Shown: positions 1 to 10,328 of the stretch, piece after piece | How the letters are laid out: each line of letters begins with the position of its first letter | Position numbering within the stretch: position 1 is the stretch's first letter | Assembly: GCA_963752255.1 (NCBI GenBank) | Contig: CAVVXT010000019.1 | Location: 288,001-352,000, forward strand | Origin: Nitrososphaeria archaeon | GTDB taxonomy: Archaea > Thermoproteota > Nitrososphaeria > JACIWG01 | DNA length: 64,000 nucleotides | Direction: 5' to 3' | Translations under genes and position numbers: made by a program | Notes under the pieces: generated by a model | What the model saw: the letters and a program-made list of their open reading frames with translations, nothing else | Told to the model about the DNA's origin: nothing | Database searches by the model: none

Positions 1-2
1 GA

Positions 3-356
3 TCAATTTTTGTCCTTGGTTTCCTAGCAGGATTAGGTTTCGGTGTAACGGAATTTTTTGTTTACGTCATCAGTGGGGCACCGATATACATAAGGATTTT
101 TGGAGTTTTCTTTCACGCTGCTAATACTTCGATAATTGCATACGGTGTAGCGAAGAGACAGGTTCTTAAATTCTATTCTATGGCCGTTTTTCTCCACGCC
201 TTAAACAACTTTTCAGCACTACTTGGAATTTTTTATCTTGTAGGAGGATCAATCGCCTTGGCGACGTCATTCTCTTTTTCATATTACTTTTATACGATAA
301 CTCAAGAAAAAATTATAGTTAACAACATAAAAGAGAATCCGTCAGACAACCAATAA
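3..356 (+). CDS. PrsW-family intramembrane metalloprotease, 3' part (runs off window start)
   Basis: Manual translation: SIFVLGFLAGLGFGVTE...FFHAANT...AVFLHALNNF...DNQ*. GLGF..E, H and HxxxN motifs within hydrophobic helices. Confidence 0.7.
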   Translation, partial: SIFVLGFLAGLGFGVTEFFVYVISGAPIYIRIFGVFFHAANTSIIAYGVAKRQVLKFYSMAVFLHALNNFSALLGIFYLVGGSIALATSFSFSYYFYTITQEKIIVNNIKENPSDNQ

Positions 357-494
357 TGCTCTATAATCTCAATCTCATGGATTTCAGTTAAATATTCTTC
401 AGAACTCGTTTTTAAAGTATTTCATATGCAAATTTCCGAGATGGATTTCTAAACAATAGGTAACTTTAGCACATAAAATTCTGCATAAATTCCT

Positions 495-533
495 AAAAAA
501 AAGAGCAATTCCAGTCCCACCTTTCAACTGGAA
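495..533 (-). terminator. Hairpin plus oligo-T terminator candidate after the 553..870 gene
   Basis: TTCCAGT/ACTGGAA inverted repeat (509-533) followed on the minus strand by a T8 run. Confidence 0.4.
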
Positions 534-552
534 CTATTGGTATAATAGTCGC

Positions 553-870
553 TTAGAACACTGTTGGCATTTTATCTATCTGCTTTAATAACTCGGCTAT
601 CGCTGTGACAGGGTAAAACTCGAAGTCTAGGAAGTAGGAGAAACCCGCTCTGACGATCAAATTTGTCACAGACTCTGCACTGGGAGCTTCGAACAGCATG
701 AACGCCTTATGGCCTGGGTCAAGATGTAGATCCAAAAGGACTTTTACATTAAGTTCTTTTGAAAGCGCTGGAAGCTGTGCGTAAGCCTTCTTCGCCGCTT
801 CTCTGGAAACTTTGTTGGTCATCGGACAGATGTTTGGTGGATGAGTTCCTATTAACGCATATTGGGGCAT
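553..870 (-). CDS. Small hypothetical protein (DUF3303/GYD-like alpha+beta domain)
   Basis: ORF 553..894. ATG at 870 (MPQYALIGTHPPNICP...) is the more likely start. HxxxxCP and GHKAFMLFEAPS pattern. Confidence 0.55.
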   Translation of the reverse strand: MPQYALIGTHPPNICPMTNKVSREAAKKAYAQLPALSKELNVKVLLDLHLDPGHKAFMLFEAPSAESVTNLIVRAGFSYFLDFEFYPVTAIAELLKQIDKMPTVF

Positions 871-914
871 TATATTACCACTTGTCCTATACAATTAAGC
901 GATAGGACATAAGT

Positions 915-935
915 ATTTCCCGGACATATTCGGGT
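915..935 (-). promoter_or_regulatory. Conserved palindromic upstream motif, copy 1
   Basis: Minus strand ACCCGAATATGTCCGGGAAAT followed by ACTTAT; near-identical copies at 28181, 48988 and 57704-57724. Confidence 0.75.
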
Positions 936-1190
936 AAAATAGATGTTATAATCAGTAACTAATAGACCTTTACATGCCATTAATTATTTTCGACTTAATT
1001 GAAGCAAAGATATGTTAATATCAAATTTAGATCAACGTTTCTTGTTCTCCTTCTTTAATTGTAGATTTAACATATGTCCTTTTAATCATGCCACATCCTG
1101 AGCCATACTGAGAAGTGATCTTTTTACAGGGTCTATGAAGGTTGTACTTACACATAAAAAGTTGGGACTTTTAGGGAACAATATGCTATT

Positions 1191-1532
1191 CTAATTCTTG
1201 GATTGTAATTCACCGGGCTTTTTGCTAGCCTGTCTAAATAAGATATAACCTAAGGCCGATATCACGACACCGATAACGATTAAACTCGCCCATTCAGGTA
1301 TCATAGTCGCCAAAGCCTTAACTAAGCCAAACGTCACATAAACGAACCCGATCAAGAATAGGGTGAGCGCTAAAGCAAACAAGGCCATCTTTCTAAACAA
1401 AATGCGCAGGTACACCCAAGCCATTTCCTTAACGGAATCTATTTGTTCCTTTAAAGCCGCAGCTACAAAATTCTTGATATAGTTTGAGATTACCTCTCTG
1501 ACGTTATCGAATGCAGACTTATGCTGGCTCAT
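1191..1532 (-). CDS. YqjE/Holin-X-like two-TM membrane protein
   Basis: Amphipathic N-terminal helix, two TM segments, ...MIPEWASLIVIG...; directly downstream of a YqjD-like gene. Confidence 0.6.
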   Translation of the reverse strand: MSQHKSAFDNVREVISNYIKNFVAAALKEQIDSVKEMAWVYLRILFRKMALFALALTLFLIGFVYVTFGLVKALATMIPEWASLIVIGVVISALGYILFRQASKKPGELQSKN

Positions 1533-1537
1533 AGAAA

Positions 1538-1783
1538 CTAATCTTCTTTCATTTTCTTAGCTGCTAAGACTAGCACCCCACCTACTGCCAGACCGGCTAC
1601 AAACGCAACAGCCAATGCAGTTCCAGGATGCTCCTTCGTCATCGTCTCAGCTTTTTTAACACCTTCTTCGACATCCTCTTTAAGCTTTAGAACGTTCCGG
1701 TTTATCTCACTTAGCATTTCCTGCATTTTAATGCCCGCCTTACCCATCATTTCTTCAGTTTCTTTCTTAGACTCAACTGACAT
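1538..1783 (-). CDS. YqjD/ElaB (DUF883)-like tail-anchored protein
   Basis: Coiled N-terminus, then KEHPGTALAVAFVAGLAVG glycine-zipper TM and a basic tail. Confidence 0.65.
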   Translation of the reverse strand: MSVESKKETEEMMGKAGIKMQEMLSEINRNVLKLKEDVEEGVKKAETMTKEHPGTALAVAFVAGLAVGGVLVLAAKKMKED

Positions 1784-2184
1784 AATTCATGCTTATTTTA
1801 TGCTTTATATAAATCTTATAACGCTGTGGTATATACAAATTATTCCCCAAAAAAAATCATAAATATTAAAAAAAATTAATCTAAAATCTAAAATTACAAT
1901 ACTTATTACACCTAAGACGGAAAAGGAAATTGGTAAACAAATATAGTTTCTTGTCCTGTGAATTAAAGACAAGTTTGTTCACTTACTATGATCTTCGAAT
2001 AGCGAAACAGTTCTCTTATACTTTTGTTATATATCGACTAAATGACCGAGTATAAAAAGGGCGCTACAGACTTACTATATGATACAATTACCTATCGATA
2101 CCATTTCATCACTGATACACAATACATATTTGAAGCATCTAAACAATAAAAATAGCTTCCTAGTTTCTAGGCTCGGAATAGGAA

Positions 2185-3624
2185 TTAACCCTTTACAACT
2201 CCAATCGGCGTGATTTTAGCGACCTTTGTTGCAATACCAACTTGATGGGAGACTTCTACTACCATATCAACGTCCTTGTAAGCTTCAGGAGCCTCCTCAC
2301 TGACTACTCTGATATCTGCGGCTTCTAGCAGTATTCCACGGTTCTCTAATTCCCTCTTGACATCGGAGCCACTTTTAGATCTTAATGCACCTGCTCTACT
2401 CATCATTCGACCAGCACCGTGGGCGGTGCTACCGAAACTTTTTTTCATGGACAGTTCGTTTCCGACTAGGACCCAGCTTGAAGTGCCCATGGAACCCGGT
2501 ATAAGAACAGGCTGGCCGAGATCTCGATATCTTTGAGGAACCTCAGGTCTGCCCCTTGGGAAAGCTCTTGTCGCGCCCTTGCGATGGACCAAGACTTTAA
2601 TCTTTTGACCATCTACATCGTGTTCTTCGGTCTTGGCGATGTTGTGGGCTACGTCGTAAATTAGTCTTAGTTCCCTTTCGTCTACGCCGAAGGTTTTTGA
2701 AAAAGCCCTGCGAACCCAGTGCGTAATCATCTGACGATTAGCCCAGGCAAAGTTCGCCGCAGCGGCCATGGCGCCAAGGTATCTTTCACCTTCAGGACTG
2801 CGGATTGGGACACTTGCGAGCTCACGATCAGGCAGCACAATGTTGTATCCTCTACAACACTGCTCCATCAGCCTCAAATAGTCGCTGCATACCTGATGAC
2901 CTAAACCACGACTGCCAGTGTGAACCCAAAGCATGACCTGTCCTGTAGAAGGTATACCAAAGACCTTCGCAACATTTTCGTCAAATATTCTGTTGACGAC
3001 GCCGATCTCTAGAAAATGATTACCGCTGCCGAGGCTGCCCAACTGAGGAGCACCACGTTGCTTAGCGTTTGGGCTGACCATGCTCGAATCAGCGGATTTC
3101 ATGTGCCCATTTTCTTCACAGAATTCCCTGTCCTCTGTAAAACCGTAGCCATTCACAACGGCCCAGTCAACCCCTTCGTCAAGCGCAGAGTTCAAGGAAC
3201 TCTGACTTAGTCTCAACTGACCCTTACTACCTAAACCGCTGGGAACATTGACAAACAATTCATGAACAAGATGTCTTAGCTTAGGGCGGACATCTTTTTC
3301 AAATAAAGGAGTGGAAATTAGTCTGACGCCACAGTTGATATCGTAACCAACTCCCCCGGGGGAAATAACCCCTTCATCGTAGCTTGTCGCTGCTACTCCC
3401 CCTATTGGAAAACCGTAGCCTTCGTGACCATCCGGCAGAACTATTGAAAACTTCTGTATTCCAGGTAGATGTGCAACATTCACCGCTTGACCTAACGTAC
3501 GATCTTCTGTCATCTTACGTAAAAGTTGCGAATTAGCGTATATTTTGACGGGTACCCTCATTCCCCCATCCTTTTGTATTTCATATTCTACTTCTGAAAC
3601 TTTATCAGGCGAATATTTTGACAT
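2185..3624 (-). CDS. rtcB: RNA-splicing ligase RtcB
   Basis: PDGHEGYGFPIGGV, GYDINCGVR, GSGNHF, HRKGATRA and HGAGR motifs; C-terminal VVKG. Confidence 0.97.
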   Translation of the reverse strand: MSKYSPDKVSEVEYEIQKDGGMRVPVKIYANSQLLRKMTEDRTLGQAVNVAHLPGIQKFSIVLPDGHEGYGFPIGGVAATSYDEGVISPGGVGYDINCGVRLISTPLFEKDVRPKLRHLVHELFVNVPSGLGSKGQLRLSQSSLNSALDEGVDWAVVNGYGFTEDREFCEENGHMKSADSSMVSPNAKQRGAPQLGSLGSGNHFLEIGVVNRIFDENVAKVFGIPSTGQVMLWVHTGSRGLGHQVCSDYLRLMEQCCRGYNIVLPDRELASVPIRSPEGERYLGAMAAAANFAWANRQMITHWVRRAFSKTFGVDERELRLIYDVAHNIAKTEEHDVDGQKIKVLVHRKGATRAFPRGRPEVPQRYRDLGQPVLIPGSMGTSSWVLVGNELSMKKSFGSTAHGAGRMMSRAGALRSKSGSDVKRELENRGILLEAADIRVVSEEAPEAYKDVDMVVEVSHQVGIATKVAKITPIGVVKG

Positions 3625-3879
3625 TTCGGACCATCTCTTTCAGGACATTATTATTTTCCTGGAGACGATCCAAGGAAGAACAGAGCTGTTCATTTTAAAT
3701 TTGAATTTCGATATATAAATGTTTAATGTGTTAAAGTTCACAGTTATCGAGCTTTTTCAAGTATCAATAAGTCTAAATCGATGGCTTTACCTTTAACCTT
3801 ATATAAAAAATATGTAGACATTTTATTTCAACATGCATTTCCAATTTTGATCGAGATTTATTACCGCAGCTAACTTTAA

Positions 3880-4611
3880 ATGAGGGTAAAACACTTTTTC
3901 CAATTGGAGATTCACATCATGGTGAAAATTATTGATGAGCCATCTTACAGAGAGAAAAAATTTGTGTTTAAGGATAGATTTCAAGCAGGTAAAATCTTGG
4001 CTGAAAAATTAGGGGAATATAAAAGCAAATCTGATGCCATCGTTCTCGCCGTGCCTGCCGGAGGTGTACCGGTAGGATACATCGTCGCCAAAAATCTTTC
4101 CATATCTTTTGACATTATCGTAGTAAGAAAGATACAGATTCCGTGGAATACTGAAGCCGGTTTCGGCGCTTTATCTTGGGACGGAGAAATCGTCTTCAAT
4201 GAACCCCTGCTCAGAAGCCTTAATTTGAGGAAAGATGAAATTGAAGATTTGGTCTCGAAGACCAAGAAAATAATTCTCGGGAGGCTTAAGAAGTTTAGGG
4301 GTGATAAGCCGATGCCTGATATTAAGGGTATAGATGTGATACTCGTAGATGATGGTCTAGCTTCTGGTTTCACAATGTTGGCTGCTGTAAAATCAGTTAA
4401 AAAAATGGGTGCAAAAAAAATAATTGTAGCTGTCCCTACATCATCTGTAAGCGCGATCAGACTTCTTAGATCAGAGGTAGATATGCTGGTTTCTCTAAAC
4501 GTAAGAAGTGTTCCTGCCTTTGCCGTCGGAGATGCCTACTTAGAATGGCATGATCTATCGGATGATGAAGTAAAAAAGATTCTGGATGGTAAAGAAGGAA
4601 CTTACTTCTAA
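3880..4611 (+). CDS. Type I phosphoribosyltransferase family protein
   Basis: FKDRFQAG, PAGGVPVG, and the PRPP-binding loop VILVDDGLASGFT. Confidence 0.9.
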   Translation: MRVKHFFQLEIHIMVKIIDEPSYREKKFVFKDRFQAGKILAEKLGEYKSKSDAIVLAVPAGGVPVGYIVAKNLSISFDIIVVRKIQIPWNTEAGFGALSWDGEIVFNEPLLRSLNLRKDEIEDLVSKTKKIILGRLKKFRGDKPMPDIKGIDVILVDDGLASGFTMLAAVKSVKKMGAKKIIVAVPTSSVSAIRLLRSEVDMLVSLNVRSVPAFAVGDAYLEWHDLSDDEVKKILDGKEGTYF

Positions 4612-4622
4612 ACAAATAAAGA

Positions 4623-5582
4623 ATGCCATTAAGGACAGAAAAAATGTGTCCATTTCCTGCACAATTGCTCAGGATAACAAGGAATATAAATCAAGACGTT
4701 GCAATCAATAACATTATGCAGTCGAACAGAAATGACATGACCGGTAGAGTCTGCATTATAACAGGCGGTACTTCTGGGATAGGCAAAGCAACAGCGTTGG
4801 GATTAGCGAAGTTAAACGTAACATTGGTTATCGTCGGAAAAGACAAAAAAAGAGGGGAATCAGCACTGGAAGATATTAGGTTAAGGAGCGGTAACAAGGA
4901 TGTTAATCTTATGTTAGCAGACTTTTCCTCACAGCAGTCGATTAGGCAGCTGGCACAAGATTTTAAAAGCAATTACAAGGGTTTGGACGTCCTTGTCAAC
5001 AACGTAGGCGTCTTTATGCTAAGACGTTCTCTTACGGTGGACGGAATCGAGAAAACCTTCGCAATTAATCACCTCGCTCCCTTCCTACTAACAAATCTCT
5101 TACTCGATCTACTCAAAAGCAGCGCTCCTTCTCGTATAGTAAATGTGGCGTCAGCATCCCATTATGGAGCGAAAATACATTTCGAAGACATCCAGGGAGA
5201 AAGAAGATACAACCTATTCGGAGCATATGGTCAATCGAAACTTGCCAATGTACTATTTACATATGAGCTTGCTAGTAGGCTTAGATCAACAGGTGTAACC
5301 GTGAATTGTCTTCATCCAGGCTTTGTAAGGACAAGCTTGGGTCGAGACAACGGTCCTCTGTTCCCCTTCTTCAAGATTGCAGGAATATTTGCTTCCAAAC
5401 CTGAAAAGGGGGCGCTGACGGTGGTGTATCTGGCATCCTCTCCAGAGGTTTCAGGAGTCACGGGAAAATATTTTACTAAAAGGAAGGAGGTAAGATCCTC
5501 TGAAGAGTCTTACAACATAGAAACCGCCAAACGTCTTTGGCAATTAAGCGAGGAACTTACAGGACTCCCTAAAACAAACTGA
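4623..5582 (+). CDS. Short-chain dehydrogenase/reductase (retinol dehydrogenase/WWOX-like)
   Basis: TGGTSGIG, NHLAPFLLT, YGQSK, LHPGFVRT, RLWQLSEELT. True start is probably downstream (about 4716 or 4737). Confidence 0.92.
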   Translation: MPLRTEKMCPFPAQLLRITRNINQDVAINNIMQSNRNDMTGRVCIITGGTSGIGKATALGLAKLNVTLVIVGKDKKRGESALEDIRLRSGNKDVNLMLADFSSQQSIRQLAQDFKSNYKGLDVLVNNVGVFMLRRSLTVDGIEKTFAINHLAPFLLTNLLLDLLKSSAPSRIVNVASASHYGAKIHFEDIQGERRYNLFGAYGQSKLANVLFTYELASRLRSTGVTVNCLHPGFVRTSLGRDNGPLFPFFKIAGIFASKPEKGALTVVYLASSPEVSGVTGKYFTKRKEVRSSEESYNIETAKRLWQLSEELTGLPKTN

Positions 5583-5861
5583 AAAATTATGGAAGACCAG
5601 AATGATTGAGTAGCTAACGTTAGTGGGTTTAGAAGTATTGATGAGATTAAATTTTTTCTTTGACAGTAGAAAACAATTCAAGGTTGATTGATTTCAAGGA
5701 TTAGGTTCGCCTTCAATAGAATCGCATCATTAATCGCATTTGATCCATAACGGCTCTTAAATCAGCCAACTTGACAAAGTTAAATGGCCAAGCCTTAAAC
5801 TTATCCCTATTAATTTAACCAAACATTTTGGTAATTCCCTTTGGTTTTAGTTAATTTAACT

Positions 5862-6140
5862 CTATTCTTCCATAACAATCGTTGTGAGAGTTGAACGGAT
5901 ACTCTTTAGCCCTCTGATCTTAGAACTTATAGTATCCTTTAATTTATCCATGGTGTCTGCTTTAAGCTTGACAATTACATCATATGTGCCGTAAATAGCA
6001 TAAGCTTCTTTTACCTCTTCTATCTTTTTAAGCTCTTTAACTATTTCCCTTTCAGAACCCAAATCCGCATTTATCAATACAAACGCCGTCGGCATTCCTA
6101 TCATTTTAAATATGAAATTGTTATATAAAACCTTTTCCAT
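5862..6140 (-). CDS. Lrp/AsnC ligand-binding (RAM) domain protein
   Basis: MPTAFVLIN...VKEAYAIYGTYDVIVK...IRSTLT. No HTH. Likely start near 6095. Confidence 0.9.
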   Translation of the reverse strand: MEKVLYNNFIFKMIGMPTAFVLINADLGSEREIVKELKKIEEVKEAYAIYGTYDVIVKLKADTMDKLKDTISSKIRGLKSIRSTLTTIVMEE

Positions 6141-6385
6141 AAAGATATGATAATATTTTTATAATATTTCAAAAAGAATTTAAATTTATACCTTAATCTG
6201 TAAAAAAAGATTATATCAAAAGTCCCCCACCTTATAATCGCCGAACGCTTCGATGGAACCCCTACAAATGGAGAAAGTTCCATCACCTTATGTCCGACCA
6301 TGTCAGATTAAGCGTTTACACTTGTAGAAAGCAAACTATTTCTGTATAACCTGTTACCGTCGAATCTAAAAGTTTTGGCAACAAA

Positions 6386-7525
6386 ATGTTTAACACCTTT
6401 AATATTTATCAAAAGATAGTTTATGGGAGAGCCTTGAACAATCGCGAGAGGACTATGGCAGTCTTCACCCACAGGAAAGCCGATCGTCTTATTTGGCAGC
6501 CTAGACTTCACCACTGGCATGAAGTTAACAAGGCTAGAGGCTCTCTGCCTAAGAAGTATAAGGATTGGGATATACTGCAAATTTATGACGACATAGGCGC
6601 CTCACCGAGATCCTATCACTATTTTAATAATGTAATCAGAACGGTTGAAGGTGACGGCGTAAGGGTCGAATTAAAGGAAGATATTGAATATGTTTACACT
6701 AAGTACATGACTGCAGAAGGGGATATTACTCAAATAGAAAAGAAGAACCTTTGGGGCACCAATAAGATGCGTATAAAGTATTTCTTGCAGACAACCGATG
6801 ATTTTAGAATTCTCGAATACATTCTAAAAAGACAACATTTCGAATTTGACGAAGAAGAATACGATAGAAATGATAGACTCCTAGGCGATAGATGCGAACC
6901 TATATTAAATCTGCCTCATGGATCGATACAGAGACTCTTTATCGAGTGCATGGGACTTGAGAGGGGGACAATAGCACTGTGGAAGACCCCCGAAAAAGTT
7001 GAAGAACTTCTGCGTACATTCGACGAAAACGACGATAAAAGATTCGAACTGATTAAGAGAACTCCATTTAAGATAATAAACTTCGTTGATAACATAGACG
7101 ATTCACTTGTTTCTCCTACATTACTAAAGAAATACATGTTGCCGTATTACCAGCGTAGAACACGAGAACTCCATCAGATGGGTAAGTATTCCACTTCCCA
7201 CTGGGATGGTAAGATTAAACACGTGCTACCTTTTGCTAAGGAAACCGGGCTAGACGGATTTGAATGCGTTCCACCTATTCCACAGGGTAGTGTCACTTTA
7301 GAAGAGCTTAGGGACGGCTTGGAAGGGATGATGCTGTCGGATGGAATTCCTGCCACCCATTTCATGCCCTATACGGGTGAAGAGGAACTTAAGAGGTTCA
7401 TGCAAAAATTACTAGACTTTTTTGCGCCAAATATTATCGTAGGGATATCAGATATGATGCCGCCTGATGGAAGTGTAGAAAGGCTAAGAATGGTCGGAAG
7501 AATAGTTGAAGAATACAAAATCTAG
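6386..7525 (+). CDS. Uroporphyrinogen decarboxylase / MtaA-CmuA methyltransferase-like protein
   Basis: DNID...SP...KKYMLPYY, HWDG and GISDMMP patterns typical of the URO-D/CIMS superfamily. Confidence 0.75.
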   Translation: MFNTFNIYQKIVYGRALNNRERTMAVFTHRKADRLIWQPRLHHWHEVNKARGSLPKKYKDWDILQIYDDIGASPRSYHYFNNVIRTVEGDGVRVELKEDIEYVYTKYMTAEGDITQIEKKNLWGTNKMRIKYFLQTTDDFRILEYILKRQHFEFDEEEYDRNDRLLGDRCEPILNLPHGSIQRLFIECMGLERGTIALWKTPEKVEELLRTFDENDDKRFELIKRTPFKIINFVDNIDDSLVSPTLLKKYMLPYYQRRTRELHQMGKYSTSHWDGKIKHVLPFAKETGLDGFECVPPIPQGSVTLEELRDGLEGMMLSDGIPATHFMPYTGEEELKRFMQKLLDFFAPNIIVGISDMMPPDGSVERLRMVGRIVEEYKI

Positions 7526-7546
7526 GAACTAGATATCAGAAGCTAT

Positions 7547-7921
7547 CTATTCCCTGACCTTCATAATAAGCCACTGTTCTTTTCCCTCTTTTGACTGAAA
7601 TCTGATTAAATTATAGGTTCCATTTAGGCGTTCCCCTTTTAAACTGAATTTGATGCGTTTTTCCAAATTTTCTATAAGAGTGTATGTTCCTCTATCCCAA
7701 ATCGTAACTTTACCTGCACCATACTGACCTTCAGGAATCACACCACTGAAATTCGCGTGCTCCAAAGAGTGGTCCTCCACCCTTAAGGCCAGCCTCTTTA
7801 CCCCATACTCTTGTGGAACACCCTTCGGAACAGCCCACGACTTTAAGACACCGTCCATTTCAAGCCTGAAGTCGAAATGGTGGGTAGTGGCCCAATGTTC
7901 CTGCACAACAAAAATAGGCAT
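7547..7921 (-). CDS. Stand-alone LigD-type DNA 3'-phosphoesterase (PE) domain protein
   Basis: FVVQEHWATTHHFDFRLEMDGVLKSWAVPKG, VEDH, YGAGKVTIWDRG. Confidence 0.93.
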   Translation of the reverse strand: MPIFVVQEHWATTHHFDFRLEMDGVLKSWAVPKGVPQEYGVKRLALRVEDHSLEHANFSGVIPEGQYGAGKVTIWDRGTYTLIENLEKRIKFSLKGERLNGTYNLIRFQSKEGKEQWLIMKVRE

Positions 7922-8153
7922 GTTAAAAATAGAGAGATGGCTATATAAGAACCTTACAGCAACAAATGGGTGACTTAAATACCTTAAATATATTCGTGAA
8001 AAGATTAAATAATAAAAATGTCTATTTAACGGCTAAGTGACATATGGACTTAAGAATAGATAAATATCCTCAGGGGCATGTTGTCCCTGTATTTTACTCT
8101 GGTAAAATGTTTGGAGAACTTTTCTTAGGGTAACAGTGTGCAGGTGTTTGAAT

Positions 8154-8843
8154 CTAAGGGCTGGCTAGGTAACTCTGGTTTAAGTCCCCATTGATTGAAT
8201 AGCCATTCTGCTCCCAATAACCTTTGAAGTCCGTATTATTGGAGACCTCTATTTTTGTGATCCACTTTACCCACTTATAGCCCCATTTGCCTTCCGCAAC
8301 GAGCTGAAATGGGAAACCTTTTTCAGGTGGTAAAGTAACGTTGTTCATCTTGTATGCGATCATAATGTTATTGCTGGTAATGTAGGCGATGGGCAAAGAA
8401 TCAGAATAGTTGTCGTAGCCGTAGAAAATGACTATCGTTGCACCTGGTTTTACACCTGCATCTGCTAAAAGATCTTTTATAAGGAAACCCTGCCAAAGTA
8501 TCGTGACACTCCATCCTTCCACACAGTTCAACGTAACAACTTTTTCATAGGATTTATACTTCGATATAACCTCATCGTATGTGAAAGTAAGGTTCTTGTC
8601 AACGAGACCCGTGACAACGAGTCTATAGGTACTTTTATTGATGTATTGGGGTCCATCGATGGAGACTTCTGGTTCATTGTTGATCGAGGAAAGCTTTTGA
8701 CCCTGGTAATCTGTTATCTCAGAAGTATTAAGTTTAGTTGTACTGCCCACAGTTGTATAGTAGCCCAAAATAGCCGCTGCGGCAACAACCACTATAATCA
8801 ATAAAATGAACGGGAGTCTCTTAACTGATACATTCCGCTGCAT
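8154..8843 (-). CDS. Sulfite oxidase/MsrP-like molybdopterin-binding oxidoreductase, N-terminally anchored
   Basis: TLNCVEGWS, GFPFQLV..GKWGYKWVKWI..IE, GYWEQNGY. Confidence 0.88.
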   Translation of the reverse strand: MQRNVSVKRLPFILLIIVVVAAAAILGYYTTVGSTTKLNTSEITDYQGQKLSSINNEPEVSIDGPQYINKSTYRLVVTGLVDKNLTFTYDEVISKYKSYEKVVTLNCVEGWSVTILWQGFLIKDLLADAGVKPGATIVIFYGYDNYSDSLPIAYITSNNIMIAYKMNNVTLPPEKGFPFQLVAEGKWGYKWVKWITKIEVSNNTDFKGYWEQNGYSINGDLNQSYLASP

Positions 8844-9170
8844 TTATAGGCGATAATATAGCAGTGTTATACTTAAGTATTATGAAAATTCAGTTTTCAT
8901 TAATTTTCTAACACTTCCCTTTTTGTTGGAAAATAAGAAGATGATATCGGAAAAAAATGCCAGTTACAGAACAATTCTAGAGTTTGTAAAACAAGGGATA
9001 CCAAATTAAAGACAAGATTTCGCTTAAACGTAAAAAAAAGACTAAACCTTATTACACTTTTTTTCAGCCACTTAACTAATTTACATTGTAAATACTGGAA
9101 AAAAAATAATCAGAACTAGTAGCTGTACAGTCCTATAGATAATGTTTATTCCAAGGAAGACTTTTGGTTA

Positions 9171-10328
9171 TTATTTTACGCCTTCGAATGTACGACCAGC
9201 TTGAGCAACTAACTTTTGAATTGGAAGTTTTTGGGGACATTTTGTTTCACACTGTCCACATTGTACACAGTTCTTTGCTCCATTTTGAGCAGAAACGATT
9301 CCGTTGTACTTCTTGATAACTTCTGCTTGCGCAGCGGAATCCCCACGTTTTCTTCCATGTTCATTAGACAAAGCGAATATTTGAGGAATATTAACACCTT
9401 GTGGACACGGCATACAATATCTGCACCCTGTACATCCTATAAAGCCGAACTCACGATATTTTTCCCGCACTTTCTCGATAATTCTAAGATCCTCCTGTGT
9501 CAACTTTCCTGGTCCCGAACGACTTGCACTTTTGACGTTTTCTATTACTTGCTCCATTGTGCTCATTCCACTTAGAACAACTGAAACTTCAGGTTGATTC
9601 CAAACCCATTGGAGAGCCCATTCTGCTGGTGTCCTTTTAACTTTAGAGTCATCCCATATCTTTTGAATTTCAGTTGGCGGCTTAAGAGCTAACATACCCC
9701 CTGCTATGGGTTCCATAATTACAGCCCCCAGTCCTTTAGAGGCGACATACTTTAGCCCCTTTGTTCCTGCTTGAAAGTCTGTGTCCATATAGTTGTACTG
9801 AAATTGACAGAACGTCCACTTGTTTGTACTATCGATTATTTCCTTTAAAACACTAAAATCATCGTGGAAACTGAATCCAAGGTAACGGATCTTTCCCTCT
9901 GAAATTGCCTTGTCGGTCCATTCGATTACATTTAGGTTTATCATCTTTGGCCAACGTTCTTTATTTAATCCATGCAGTAAGTAGAAGTCTATTTTTTCTG
10001 TCTCTAATTTTTTTAACTGCTCGTTAAGGTATTTATCTGTGTCTTCCTTGGAATTTAATAACCAAGTAGGAAGTTTTGTCGCTAATCTTACTTTCTCTCG
10101 ATAACCATCTTTTAGTGCTTTACCGACTAATATTTCGCTGTTACCACCATGATATGGATACGCCGTATCAATGTAATTTACTCCATGGTCGATAGCATAT
10201 CTTATCATTTTTATCGCTTCAGCTTCATCTATCTTGGAACTATCACCACCTACTGTTGGTAGTCTCATTGCGCCAAAACCAAGCGCTGAAACCTTCCAAT
10301 TAAGTTTACCAAAATTCCTATATTTCAT
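9171..10328 (-). CDS. Aldo/keto reductase with C-terminal 4Fe-4S domain
   Basis: LGFGAMRLP, IDTAYPY, CTGCRYCMPCP, CVQCGQCETKCP. Confidence 0.93.
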   Translation of the reverse strand: MKYRNFGKLNWKVSALGFGAMRLPTVGGDSSKIDEAEAIKMIRYAIDHGVNYIDTAYPYHGGNSEILVGKALKDGYREKVRLATKLPTWLLNSKEDTDKYLNEQLKKLETEKIDFYLLHGLNKERWPKMINLNVIEWTDKAISEGKIRYLGFSFHDDFSVLKEIIDSTNKWTFCQFQYNYMDTDFQAGTKGLKYVASKGLGAVIMEPIAGGMLALKPPTEIQKIWDDSKVKRTPAEWALQWVWNQPEVSVVLSGMSTMEQVIENVKSASRSGPGKLTQEDLRIIEKVREKYREFGFIGCTGCRYCMPCPQGVNIPQIFALSNEHGRKRGDSAAQAEVIKKYNGIVSAQNGAKNCVQCGQCETKCPQKLPIQKLVAQAGRTFEGVK

